From Chthoniobacteraceae bacterium (GTDB lineage Bacteria > Verrucomicrobiota > Verrucomicrobiia > Chthoniobacterales > Chthoniobacteraceae), in assembly GCA_031409655.1 (NCBI GenBank), contig JANNXQ010000195.1:57251-121250 (forward strand): 64,000 nucleotides of DNA, given 5' to 3'. The first letter of the stretch is position 1; each line of letters starts with the position of its first letter. Shown here one piece after another: positions 10,654-18,605 of the stretch. The translations under genes were made by a program, and so were the position numbers. Below the pieces are notes generated by a model. It searched no databases. It saw only the letters and a list, made by a program, of their open reading frames with translations, and was not told the DNA's origin.

Positions 10654-12284
10654 GAATGCGCACTTCAGCGAATCTCGCGAATGGCCGTGAAAGGAAGAGT
10701 GCGTCGTGCGCGGAACTCCGGGGAGCATACGCGTCCCGCGTGTTGGTTTCGGCGTCCCGCCGAAACGGACTTCCCTCCGCGCTCTGCCAGATGGGGGTTC
10801 TCGCGGAGACCGTGCGCGGGTGGAAAGTTCGTCGCGGCGGGACGCCGCGACCAACACGCGAGACGCGTATGCTCCCCGGAGTTCCGCGCCCCACGCCCCC
10901 TCTGGTCCGAGCCTCCGTGCTCATCGTCGTTCTTTGGGCGACGCTCGGGTTGGTCAGCGTGGCGCTTCTTTTCGGACATTCCATGACGATGACTTATCGC
11001 GGTGCGGACAATGAACTCGCCGGACGCCAGGCCGCGCAGGCGATCGACGGAGCCGCGCGTTACGCCGAGACGCTGCTGAAAAATGCCGTGATCCCCGGTG
11101 TCCTTCCGGAAGCCGCCGAATATCTCAGCGATACGATCCCGGTGGGTGAGGCGACCTTCTACATGATCGGACGCAGCCTGGATCCGGGCAATGGAACGAC
11201 GCGCTCCTTCGGGCTCATCGACGAGTCCGGGAAGATCGACTTGAACGTCGATGCCACGGCTCAGGATCAAGCCAAGGCAGTCGCCGACCTCAACGCGATG
11301 CTCAAGCAACTGCCGGGGATGACGGACGAACTGGCGGATGCAATCAAGGACTGGCAGGACGCCGACGAAGACGTCTCCGAGTCTGGTGCGGAAACCGAGA
11401 CTTACTCGCGATTCACTCCCGCTTACTCCTGCAAGAATGGCCCATTCGAATCCATCGAGGAACTCGCGCTGCTCAACGGGGCGACGCGCGAAATCCTCTA
11501 CGGCGAAGACACGAATCTGAATGGCGTGCTCGACGACAATGAGAACGATGGCGATGCCTCCGAGCCAGCGGACAACGCGGACGGCAAACTCGACCTCGGA
11601 ATTTTCGAATACGTTACCGTCTTCAACCGTGAATCGAACAAGTACACCAATAGCAGTGGGACGAGCGTCGCGCGGATCGACATCAGGGACATCCCGCAAG
11701 CGACCCAGGATCTCACTACTTTGATCGACGAGAAACTCGGCAGCGGGCGCGCGCAACGCATCATCTCATTGGTGGGTGCGCAGCCGCCCTTGGATAGCGT
11801 GCTGGAGTTTTACCTCCGCTGCAAAGGGAGCGCGGGCGTGCTTGCGGAAGATGAGTTTGGTCTGCTGGTCGATGCCCTCACCACGACGACCGGGGAATAT
11901 CGATCCGGGCTCATCAATGTGAACACTGCGAGTGAGGCCGTGCTCACTTGCCTTCCAGGGATTGGCGACAAGGCGGCGGATGTTGTTTCCAAACGGCTGA
12001 GTCGGGTCACGCAGGATACAAATATCGCGTGGATCGTCGAGGTCATCGGGGATCCGGGCGCTAAACTCGCGGGGCCGCACATCACCGGATACTCTTCGCA
12101 AGTCACGGCCGACATCGCCGCCGTCGGACGGAAGGGGCGCGGCTATCGTCGTGAGAAGGTGGTCATCGACCAGAGCACGGGGACGCCGCGGATCGTCTAT
12201 CGGCGGAATCTCGCGCCGCTCGGGTGGGCGCTGGGCAGCGAAATCCGCGAGGAACTCGCGCAACTCAAGGAGCAGGCGCAATGA
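10650..12284 (+). CDS. gspK: Minor pseudopilin GspK-like with palindromic element in its leader
   Basis: 'RA/SVLIVVLW', 'IDESGKIDLN', 'ADAIKDWQDAD', 'KNGPFESIEEL', 'INVNTAS..VL..LPG'; ATG 10650 overlaps gspJ stop (ATGA). Confidence 0.88.
   Translation: MRMRTSANLANGRERKSASCAELRGAYASRVLVSASRRNGLPSALCQMGVLAETVRGWKVRRGGTPRPTRETRMLPGVPRPTPPLVRASVLIVVLWATLGLVSVALLFGHSMTMTYRGADNELAGRQAAQAIDGAARYAETLLKNAVIPGVLPEAAEYLSDTIPVGEATFYMIGRSLDPGNGTTRSFGLIDESGKIDLNVDATAQDQAKAVADLNAMLKQLPGMTDELADAIKDWQDADEDVSESGAETETYSRFTPAYSCKNGPFESIEELALLNGATREILYGEDTNLNGVLDDNENDGDASEPADNADGKLDLGIFEYVTVFNRESNKYTNSSGTSVARIDIRDIPQATQDLTTLIDEKLGSGRAQRIISLVGAQPPLDSVLEFYLRCKGSAGVLAEDEFGLLVDALTTTTGEYRSGLINVNTASEAVLTCLPGIGDKAADVVSKRLSRVTQDTNIAWIVEVIGDPGAKLAGPHITGYSSQVTADIAAVGRKGRGYRREKVVIDQSTGTPRIVYRRNLAPLGWALGSEIREELAQLKEQAQ
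10708..10889. repeat. REPIN/MITE-like palindromic element, copy 2 (long inverted arms)
   Basis: About 65-bp inverted arms starting GCGCGGAACTCCGGGGAGCATACGCGTC and ending GACGCGTATGCTCCCCGGAGTTCCGCGC; each arm holds an internal hairpin. Confidence 0.9.
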
Positions 12285-13693
12285 ACTTCTCGCTCGAAGA
12301 TTTGAAGAAGCGTCTGCAAGTGCGTTCGGTGCTCGCCTTGAGCATCGAGTCCGGGCGCATCGCGGTCGCCGTCGTGCGCCATGATGCCGGCCGCCAGCGC
12401 GTGTTGCGTTCCTTTGCTCTCTCGACGGGCGCGGACGGGCTGCTCGCTGATCCGGAAAAGGCGGGGCGTGATCTAGCCGCGCATCTCGACACGGCTGGCG
12501 TGAAGGAAAGGCGCAGCGTCGTCTGCATTCCAGCGAGTTGGGCACTCATCGCGACCACCGACGTGCCCGCGATGGCGGAGGACGAATTGCGCGGCTACCT
12601 CGAACTGCGGGCGGAGCGCGAGTTCCCGATTCCCGTGGCCGATCTGCGGATCGCGCACTGTGGCTACGCGCTGCCGGATGGCGCGCAACGCGCGACCGTC
12701 GCCGGCTTGCCCGCGAAGCGCATGGAAGCCGTGGAGCGTTTCCTCGCGGCAGCGGGTTGTCGTGCTGCCTCCGTGTCTCTGGGACTCGATGGCTGCGTGC
12801 CGCGCGAACCCGCCGAGGCGGCGCTGCACTTCATCGCGAATGGGACGCATGTCGATCTCGTGATCGCCGCCGGCGGCGGCATTGCGGCGGTGCGCACCCT
12901 ACCCGGGGCTGGGGGAGCGAGCGCGCTGCCCTTCGATGCGGAAGGCTTTTCGCGGGAAGTCCGCATCACCCTTGGGCGTCTGCCAGAAGCGGTCCGCCAG
13001 CAGGTGCGCGAGGCCCGTTTCGGCGGCACGCCCGCGACGGCCGAGGAACTCTGCATCGAGATCCGCCAGCAGCTCCGGCGCATGGGCATCGACAGCCGGC
13101 TCGAGCGCCCGGAGCCGGCCGACGCAGATCAACCCGGTGCGGCGATCGAAGCCGCGGGCCAATTTTTCCGGCACGCACCTGCAGCCTTCGAATTCCTCGC
13201 GCCGCAAGTCAGCCGCTGGCAGACGGTCTTTCGCCAGTTTGACGATCGCCGTCGTCGCTGGGTCGTCGCGGCGCTGATCGCGGCGATCGTTCTCCCGGTG
13301 GTTGTCTATTTCATCCGCTCGCGCATCGAGAGCAGCCGGGCGGCGGCGTGGCGCGGGATGAGCGCAAATGTCGCGGAACTCGAGGAGATCCAAGGGCGCA
13401 TCCGGCAGTTCCGCCCGTGGTTTGAGCCAGCGCCGCAAGCTTTGCAGGCGATCGAAAGTGTCATCTCGGCATTTCCTGAAGGCGGCGAAGTCTGGGCGAA
13501 GAGCGTGCAACTCAGTGACGTGAATAAGGTGACGTGCAGCGGCTTTGCGAAAAACCAGCCGGCGCTCATGGCCACCCTCGATCGGCTCCGGAAAGGACCC
13601 AGCGCCAGCGAGGTGCAGGTGCAGCAAGTGCGCGGCGAAAATCCGATCCAGTTTTCTTTCACCTACAAATGGACTCCCCGCGATGCAAAGTAA
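12281..13693 (+). CDS. GspL / PilM-PilN-like alignment protein
   Basis: Actin-like N-terminal region, single TM (WVVAALIAAIVLPVVVYFI), PilN-like C-terminus; position after gspK with ATGA overlap. Confidence 0.7.
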   Translation: MNFSLEDLKKRLQVRSVLALSIESGRIAVAVVRHDAGRQRVLRSFALSTGADGLLADPEKAGRDLAAHLDTAGVKERRSVVCIPASWALIATTDVPAMAEDELRGYLELRAEREFPIPVADLRIAHCGYALPDGAQRATVAGLPAKRMEAVERFLAAAGCRAASVSLGLDGCVPREPAEAALHFIANGTHVDLVIAAGGGIAAVRTLPGAGGASALPFDAEGFSREVRITLGRLPEAVRQQVREARFGGTPATAEELCIEIRQQLRRMGIDSRLERPEPADADQPGAAIEAAGQFFRHAPAAFEFLAPQVSRWQTVFRQFDDRRRRWVVAALIAAIVLPVVVYFIRSRIESSRAAAWRGMSANVAELEEIQGRIRQFRPWFEPAPQALQAIESVISAFPEGGEVWAKSVQLSDVNKVTCSGFAKNQPALMATLDRLRKGPSASEVQVQQVRGENPIQFSFTYKWTPRDAK

Positions 13694-14225
13694 GAACCGC
13701 GAGACATTCCTAAAGATCGGCGTTGGCGTGGTGGTCGGCCTCTTCCTGCTCGATCGAGTGGTGCTCGGGCCGGGCATCGAGAGCTGGAAGGCGCAGGGTG
13801 AGCGGCTCGCGGAACTCAAAGTGAAAGTGGAGCGCGGCCGGCAATTACTGGAGCGCGAGAAGTCGATTCGCGGACGTTGGAACGAAATGCAGCGCACCGA
13901 TTTGCCCGAGGATGATTCGCTGGCGGAGAACGAAGTCTTCACTTCCATCGCGCGCTGGGCCAGCGCGAGCCGCGTGGGCATCACGAATCTCACGCCGCAT
14001 CGCGGAAATCACGATGGTAGCTACGACACCTTTGAATGGCGCGCCTCGGCAACCGGCGATCAGGCCGCACTCGGCCGCTTGATCTATGAGATCGAAAGTG
14101 ACGGGCTGCCAGTTCGGGTCGAAGAGTGTGAGATGAACACGCGCGACACCAAAGGCCAGCAGCTTGGGCTCTCCCTGCGGTTCAGTGCCGTGCGCATTAA
14201 TGAAGCGAAAAGGAGTGCGCGATGA
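13683..14225 (+). CDS. GspM / PilO-like protein
   Basis: N-terminal TM, coiled coil, ferredoxin-like C-terminus 'ATGDQAALGRLIYEIES..PVRVE'; operon position. Confidence 0.65.
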   Translation: MQSKNRETFLKIGVGVVVGLFLLDRVVLGPGIESWKAQGERLAELKVKVERGRQLLEREKSIRGRWNEMQRTDLPEDDSLAENEVFTSIARWASASRVGITNLTPHRGNHDGSYDTFEWRASATGDQAALGRLIYEIESDGLPVRVEECEMNTRDTKGQQLGLSLRFSAVRINEAKRSAR

Positions 14226-14788
14226 AGAAGCTGATCGCCCTCTTCCTGCTGCTCGCGCCGACGTTCACTCAAGCGGCGGAAAAGCCCGCGGGCTACGACA
14301 CCTTTCAGCTCATCCGCACACGCCCGATCTTCGATCCAAATCGCAAGCCGCCGAAGAAGGAGTCCGACCAGCCGCGCGCGGTGACCCCGTCCCGGCCGAA
14401 GTCGGTGCATCTCGCGCTCACGGGGACGATGGTCACGGAGGCGCGGAAGCTCGCGTTTTTCACCGGCTCGCGTTCCGAGTTTAATAAGATCGTCAGCGTG
14501 GGGGAGAAGCTCGGGGACTACACCGTCGCGACGATTACGGCCAGCGAGGTGAAATTGGACCAGGCGGGCAAGCCGACCGTGGTCACCATGGGCAAGCGTC
14601 TGCAGCTCGAAGGCACGGAAGCAGACGCCGTGGAACCTGAGCCCGCGCCCGCTGCACCGGCGGGCACCAGCGCCACGCCCGCGGCTGATGGCAGTGCCGC
14701 GCCCGCCGCCAGTCCACCGAGCGGCGGGAGCCCGAGCGACATTTTGAAACGCATGATGGAACGCCGCGCCAAGGAGATAAAAAAATGA
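14222..14788 (+). CDS. GspC/PilP-like T2SS accessory protein
   Basis: Signal peptide, 'RPIFDPNR', 'LALTGTM...AFF...VSVGEKLGDYTVATIT..EVKL' (HR-domain-like); directly before secretin. Confidence 0.55.
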   Translation: MKKLIALFLLLAPTFTQAAEKPAGYDTFQLIRTRPIFDPNRKPPKKESDQPRAVTPSRPKSVHLALTGTMVTEARKLAFFTGSRSEFNKIVSVGEKLGDYTVATITASEVKLDQAGKPTVVTMGKRLQLEGTEADAVEPEPAPAAPAGTSATPAADGSAAPAASPPSGGSPSDILKRMMERRAKEIKK

Positions 14789-16434
14789 AAGACCCTCTAG
14801 CCATGAAACAAATCCACCCACACCGCTATCATGGATCGGAAGGCCGCACCCTATTTCTCCTCCTCCTCACGGCGCTGCTCGCCTGGACGCAGCCCGTCCA
14901 AGCGCAGGCGCCGCCGTTGCCGACTGCCCCAGACCCGAAGCCAAGTTTTGAAGTCGATCCACTCCGGGCACCTTCGAAGGCGATGCCCGTCCGCTCGGCG
15001 GTGGGTGCCGCGGCGGTGACCCCGCCGCAACCGAAGCAGGAGATCATGCTCAACTTCCAGGGAGCCTCGCTCAGCGACGTGCTCAACTATCTGAGTGAGG
15101 CGGCGGGTTTCGTCATCATCCAGGAGGCGCCGCTGACTGGCACGGTGAACATCGTCAGCCGTCAGCCCATCGGTCCGGAGGAGGCGGTCGATCTCCTCAA
15201 TACGGTGCTCGTGGAGAAAGGCTTCATCGCCATCCGCAACGGCCGCATTTTGAAAATCGTGAACCGCAAAGATGCGCAGAAGCGCGACCTGCCAGTGCAG
15301 ACCGGGAGCGACCCGGAGAAGATCCCGCGCAAGGATGAGATGGTGACGCAGATCCTGCCGCTGCGTTTCGGCGACGCGGCGAAGCTCGTGGAAAATCTCA
15401 AGCCGCTGTTACCCGATACCGCGACCATTAGCTCGAACGAAGGCAGTAACGCGATCTTGATGACTGATACGCAGACCAATATCCGGCGTATCGCCGAGAT
15501 CATCAAAGCGATCGACACCTCAGTAGCCAGCATCTCGACGATCAAGGTCTATCCGCTGCAGTTTGCAAATGCGAAGGAGCTGGCCACGGTGGTGACGCAG
15601 CTCTTCCAGACGAATGCGACGAGCGGCAGCAGCCGGAGCCGCGACCGCGGGAGTAGTGGATTTCCGTTTCCCTTTCCTGGCAGTGATCGTGGCGGGGACC
15701 GAGGTGGCTCCAGTGGCGGGGACAGTGAAGCCCGCCAGGCGGGGTCGCGGGTCCTCGCGGTCGCGGACGATCAGAGTAATTCACTCATCGTCAGTGCGCC
15801 GGAGGATGTGATCCCGTCGATCACCGAGATCGTGACGCGGATCGACACGAGCATCACGGCAGTGACGGAGACGCGCATCTTCACTTTGAAACATGCCGAT
15901 GCCACCGAGTTGGCGGAGATCCTGACCAATCTGTACAGCGACACTGGCAGCCAAAGTAATCGCAGCAGCAGCTCCAGTCGGGGCGGCAGAGATAGCGGCT
16001 CCAGTGGCGGGCCCGGTTTTCCGTTTGGAATGTTTGGTGGCGGATCGTCTTCGTCGCGATCGAGTTCCAGTGGCGACCAGAGCCAGCGTTCGCTCCAAGA
16101 GTCGAAGGTCGTGGCCGTGGGTGATCCGCGCACGAACTCCGTGCTCGTGATCGCCGCGCGCGACACCCTCATGGAGATCGCCGAGATGATCGGGCGGCTC
16201 GATGCCACCGATGCCAAGAAGCAGCGCGTCTTCGTGCATTCCCTCGAACACGCCGACGCCGAGAGCGTCGCCAATGTCCTGCGCGGCATGCTCGGCGATC
16301 AGACGGCGACGCAGAGTTCAGCGCAGAGCGGGGCCGCGCGACTGACCGAGCGCAGCGCGAACGGTGCGGCCATGGAATCGTCCTCCCAAGGAGTCGGCAG
16401 CGCGGGCGGAGGGCGCTCCTCCGGCGGACGATGA
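14785..16434 (+). CDS. Secretin N-terminal (N0/N1-N3-type) domains only
   Basis: 'IMLNFQGASLSDVLNYLSEAAG', repeated 'VYPLQFANAKELA', 'IFTLKHADATELA', 'VHSLEHADAESVA'; no secretin barrel. Confidence 0.9.
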   Translation: MKDPLAMKQIHPHRYHGSEGRTLFLLLLTALLAWTQPVQAQAPPLPTAPDPKPSFEVDPLRAPSKAMPVRSAVGAAAVTPPQPKQEIMLNFQGASLSDVLNYLSEAAGFVIIQEAPLTGTVNIVSRQPIGPEEAVDLLNTVLVEKGFIAIRNGRILKIVNRKDAQKRDLPVQTGSDPEKIPRKDEMVTQILPLRFGDAAKLVENLKPLLPDTATISSNEGSNAILMTDTQTNIRRIAEIIKAIDTSVASISTIKVYPLQFANAKELATVVTQLFQTNATSGSSRSRDRGSSGFPFPFPGSDRGGDRGGSSGGDSEARQAGSRVLAVADDQSNSLIVSAPEDVIPSITEIVTRIDTSITAVTETRIFTLKHADATELAEILTNLYSDTGSQSNRSSSSSRGGRDSGSSGGPGFPFGMFGGGSSSSRSSSSGDQSQRSLQESKVVAVGDPRTNSVLVIAARDTLMEIAEMIGRLDATDAKKQRVFVHSLEHADAESVANVLRGMLGDQTATQSSAQSGAARLTERSANGAAMESSSQGVGSAGGGRSSGGR

Positions 16435-17870
16435 ATCCAAACCTGATCACTCCCATGCCCAAAAATTTCTCTCTCATTGCCGCTCTGTGCTTTCTGCACG
16501 TCTTCGCGCTCCTCGCTCCGCAGCTCAGCGCGCAAGTGAGCCGCGCCGGCAGTTCCGGGCGCACGACTTCGAGCTCACGGAGCAGTACGGGACGCTCGGT
16601 TTCATCCTCTGGCAGTCGCAGCAGCACCGGACAGCGCCAGTATCGCAGTAATACCGAGCTCGGCGACGCGATGATCACCATCGATCCCGAGACGCGTTCG
16701 CTCGTCATCGTGACCGATGAAGACACGCACAACGAGATGTTGAACGTGATCAAGACGCTCGATAAGCCCAAGCCGCAGGTGCTCATCAAAGTCGTCTTTC
16801 TGGAAGTAACGTATAACAAGGGTTCCGACATCGGCGTCGAAGGCACCTACACCTTCAATCTTGAAGGAGGGAAGACTGCGACCACGGGAACGCGCACCAC
16901 CACGAATACCCAGGTCTCCGGCACGAAAACGACGACCACCTCGCTCGCGGAAACGCTGGGCTCCGCTGCCGCGCTCGGGCGGGCGGTCACCGGTGGGAGT
17001 GGATTCAATATTCCCGTCGCGGGCGTGAACGCGACGGGACTCATCGTGCGGGCGATCGGTGACGATTTCTCCGCGACCGTCCGGGCGCTTTCGACGCAGG
17101 GTAAGGTCGAGGTGCTCTCGCGGCCTTCCATTATGGCGCGGAATAATCAGGAGGCCGTCATTGTGGTCGGTTCCGAGATCCCATTCATCACCAACAGCCG
17201 GATCGACAATACCGGCAATACCATCAACACCGTCACCTATGACGATATTGGCATTATCCTCCGTGTTACTCCCTTCATTACTTCCGAAGGCACCGTGGAG
17301 ATGATCGTCGCACCGGAGATTTCCTCGCTCACCGATCAGACCGTGCCGATCTCCAATACGGTGAACTCTCCGGTGATCTCGAAGCGCTCTGCGGAAACCG
17401 TCGTGGTCACGCCGAATGGCAAGACCGTGGTCATCGGTGGCCTCATGCAGACCCAGCGGATCGATTCCGTGCAAAAAATTCCGATCCTCGGTGATATTCC
17501 GATTCTCGGTTTCCCTTTCCGCCGCACCATCAAGAGCGACGAGAAGAAGGAACTCATGATTTTCCTCACGCCCACCATCGTCAGCGACCCCCGCGAGGTC
17601 GATGCGGTGAATGTGGACGAACTCGGAAAGACGGAACTCGTGGATCGGGCGTTTTCGGAAAAGGAAAAGTCGAAATTCCTCCAAGGCCTGCCCCTCATGC
17701 CGGAACCGGAATATGAGCCGGAGATAACGCCGGCTCCGCGAGCCACTGCCGTGCGGCGGACCTCCCCGAGTAAGTTGCCGACGGTGAAAGCGAGCAAGCC
17801 TGCTCCCGCTTCCGAGCCTGACGTGCGCAAGCCCGCGGCTGTCATTCGCGCCAAAGCCACGCCATTCTAA
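16431..17870 (+). CDS. gspD: Secretin core (GspD C-terminal barrel) with its own signal peptide
   Basis: 'LDKPKPQVLIKVVFLEV', 'VLSRPSIMARNNQEAVIVVGSEIPF', 'GIILRVTP', 'KIPILGDIPILGFPFR..KKELMIFLTP'. Confidence 0.92.
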   Translation: MNPNLITPMPKNFSLIAALCFLHVFALLAPQLSAQVSRAGSSGRTTSSSRSSTGRSVSSSGSRSSTGQRQYRSNTELGDAMITIDPETRSLVIVTDEDTHNEMLNVIKTLDKPKPQVLIKVVFLEVTYNKGSDIGVEGTYTFNLEGGKTATTGTRTTTNTQVSGTKTTTTSLAETLGSAAALGRAVTGGSGFNIPVAGVNATGLIVRAIGDDFSATVRALSTQGKVEVLSRPSIMARNNQEAVIVVGSEIPFITNSRIDNTGNTINTVTYDDIGIILRVTPFITSEGTVEMIVAPEISSLTDQTVPISNTVNSPVISKRSAETVVVTPNGKTVVIGGLMQTQRIDSVQKIPILGDIPILGFPFRRTIKSDEKKELMIFLTPTIVSDPREVDAVNVDELGKTELVDRAFSEKEKSKFLQGLPLMPEPEYEPEITPAPRATAVRRTSPSKLPTVKASKPAPASEPDVRKPAAVIRAKATPF

Positions 17871-17890
17871 AGCCCTAAACCAACGATCCT

Positions 17891-18553
17891 ATGAATACGA
17901 ATTCGTCTCTTTCCCGGCGTCATTTCCTCTCAGGTGTCGGCGGTGCTGCCGCACTTTTTGCGGTGCCCGGCGCGTTTGCGGAGGCACTCGTCCAGACTCC
18001 GCGTCAAACCGAGGGTCCTTTCTATCCCGACAAGCTTCCGCTCGATACGGACAATGACCTGCTGATTCTAAACGATGCTCTCACCTCCGCGGTTGGTGAG
18101 GTGGCTTACTTGAGTGGGCGGATTCTCAGTCCGAGCGGTGAACCGGTGCGCAACGCGGTGGTCGAGATCTGGCAGTGCGACGCGAGCGGCGTCTATATTC
18201 ACAGCAAGTCCGGCGGGTCGGCCGCGAAGCGGGACGCGAGTTTTCAGGGCTTCGGTCGCTTCGTCACGGGGAGCACAGGGGAGTATCTTTTCCGCACGAT
18301 CAAGCCCGTGCCTTACGTCCCGCGCACTCCGCATATTCACTTCAAAGTCAAAGCGCGGGGGAAAGAGCTGCTCACGACGCAATGCTATATCAAAGGTCAT
18401 CCGGGTAATGAAAAAGATGGCCTCTGGAAGAGGACGGGTGACGAGAAGATGCGGAGCTTGGTGACGGTGGACTTCGCCCCGCTGCCAGGAGCGAAGGCTG
18501 GAGAACTTGCCGCGCGGTTCGATCTGGTCCTTGGCGTGACGCCGGAGGCTTGA
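17891..18553 (+). CDS. Tat-exported intradiol ring-cleavage dioxygenase-like protein
   Basis: SRRHFL Tat motif; 'TEGPFYP', 'VEIWQCDASGVY', 'TIKPVPY..RTPHIHFKV' (Tyr/Tyr/His/His iron ligands). Confidence 0.9.
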   Translation: MNTNSSLSRRHFLSGVGGAAALFAVPGAFAEALVQTPRQTEGPFYPDKLPLDTDNDLLILNDALTSAVGEVAYLSGRILSPSGEPVRNAVVEIWQCDASGVYIHSKSGGSAAKRDASFQGFGRFVTGSTGEYLFRTIKPVPYVPRTPHIHFKVKARGKELLTTQCYIKGHPGNEKDGLWKRTGDEKMRSLVTVDFAPLPGAKAGELAARFDLVLGVTPEA

Positions 18554-18605
18554 ACGGCACGGAAGGCAGCCCCTGAGCGGCGCTAGTCCGGAAGTAGTCA
18601 GGCTG

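Noticed and set aside
16420..16450. Secretin split as a frameshift or pseudogene
   Set aside because: The second ORF has its own signal peptide and an ATGA coupling like the rest of the operon
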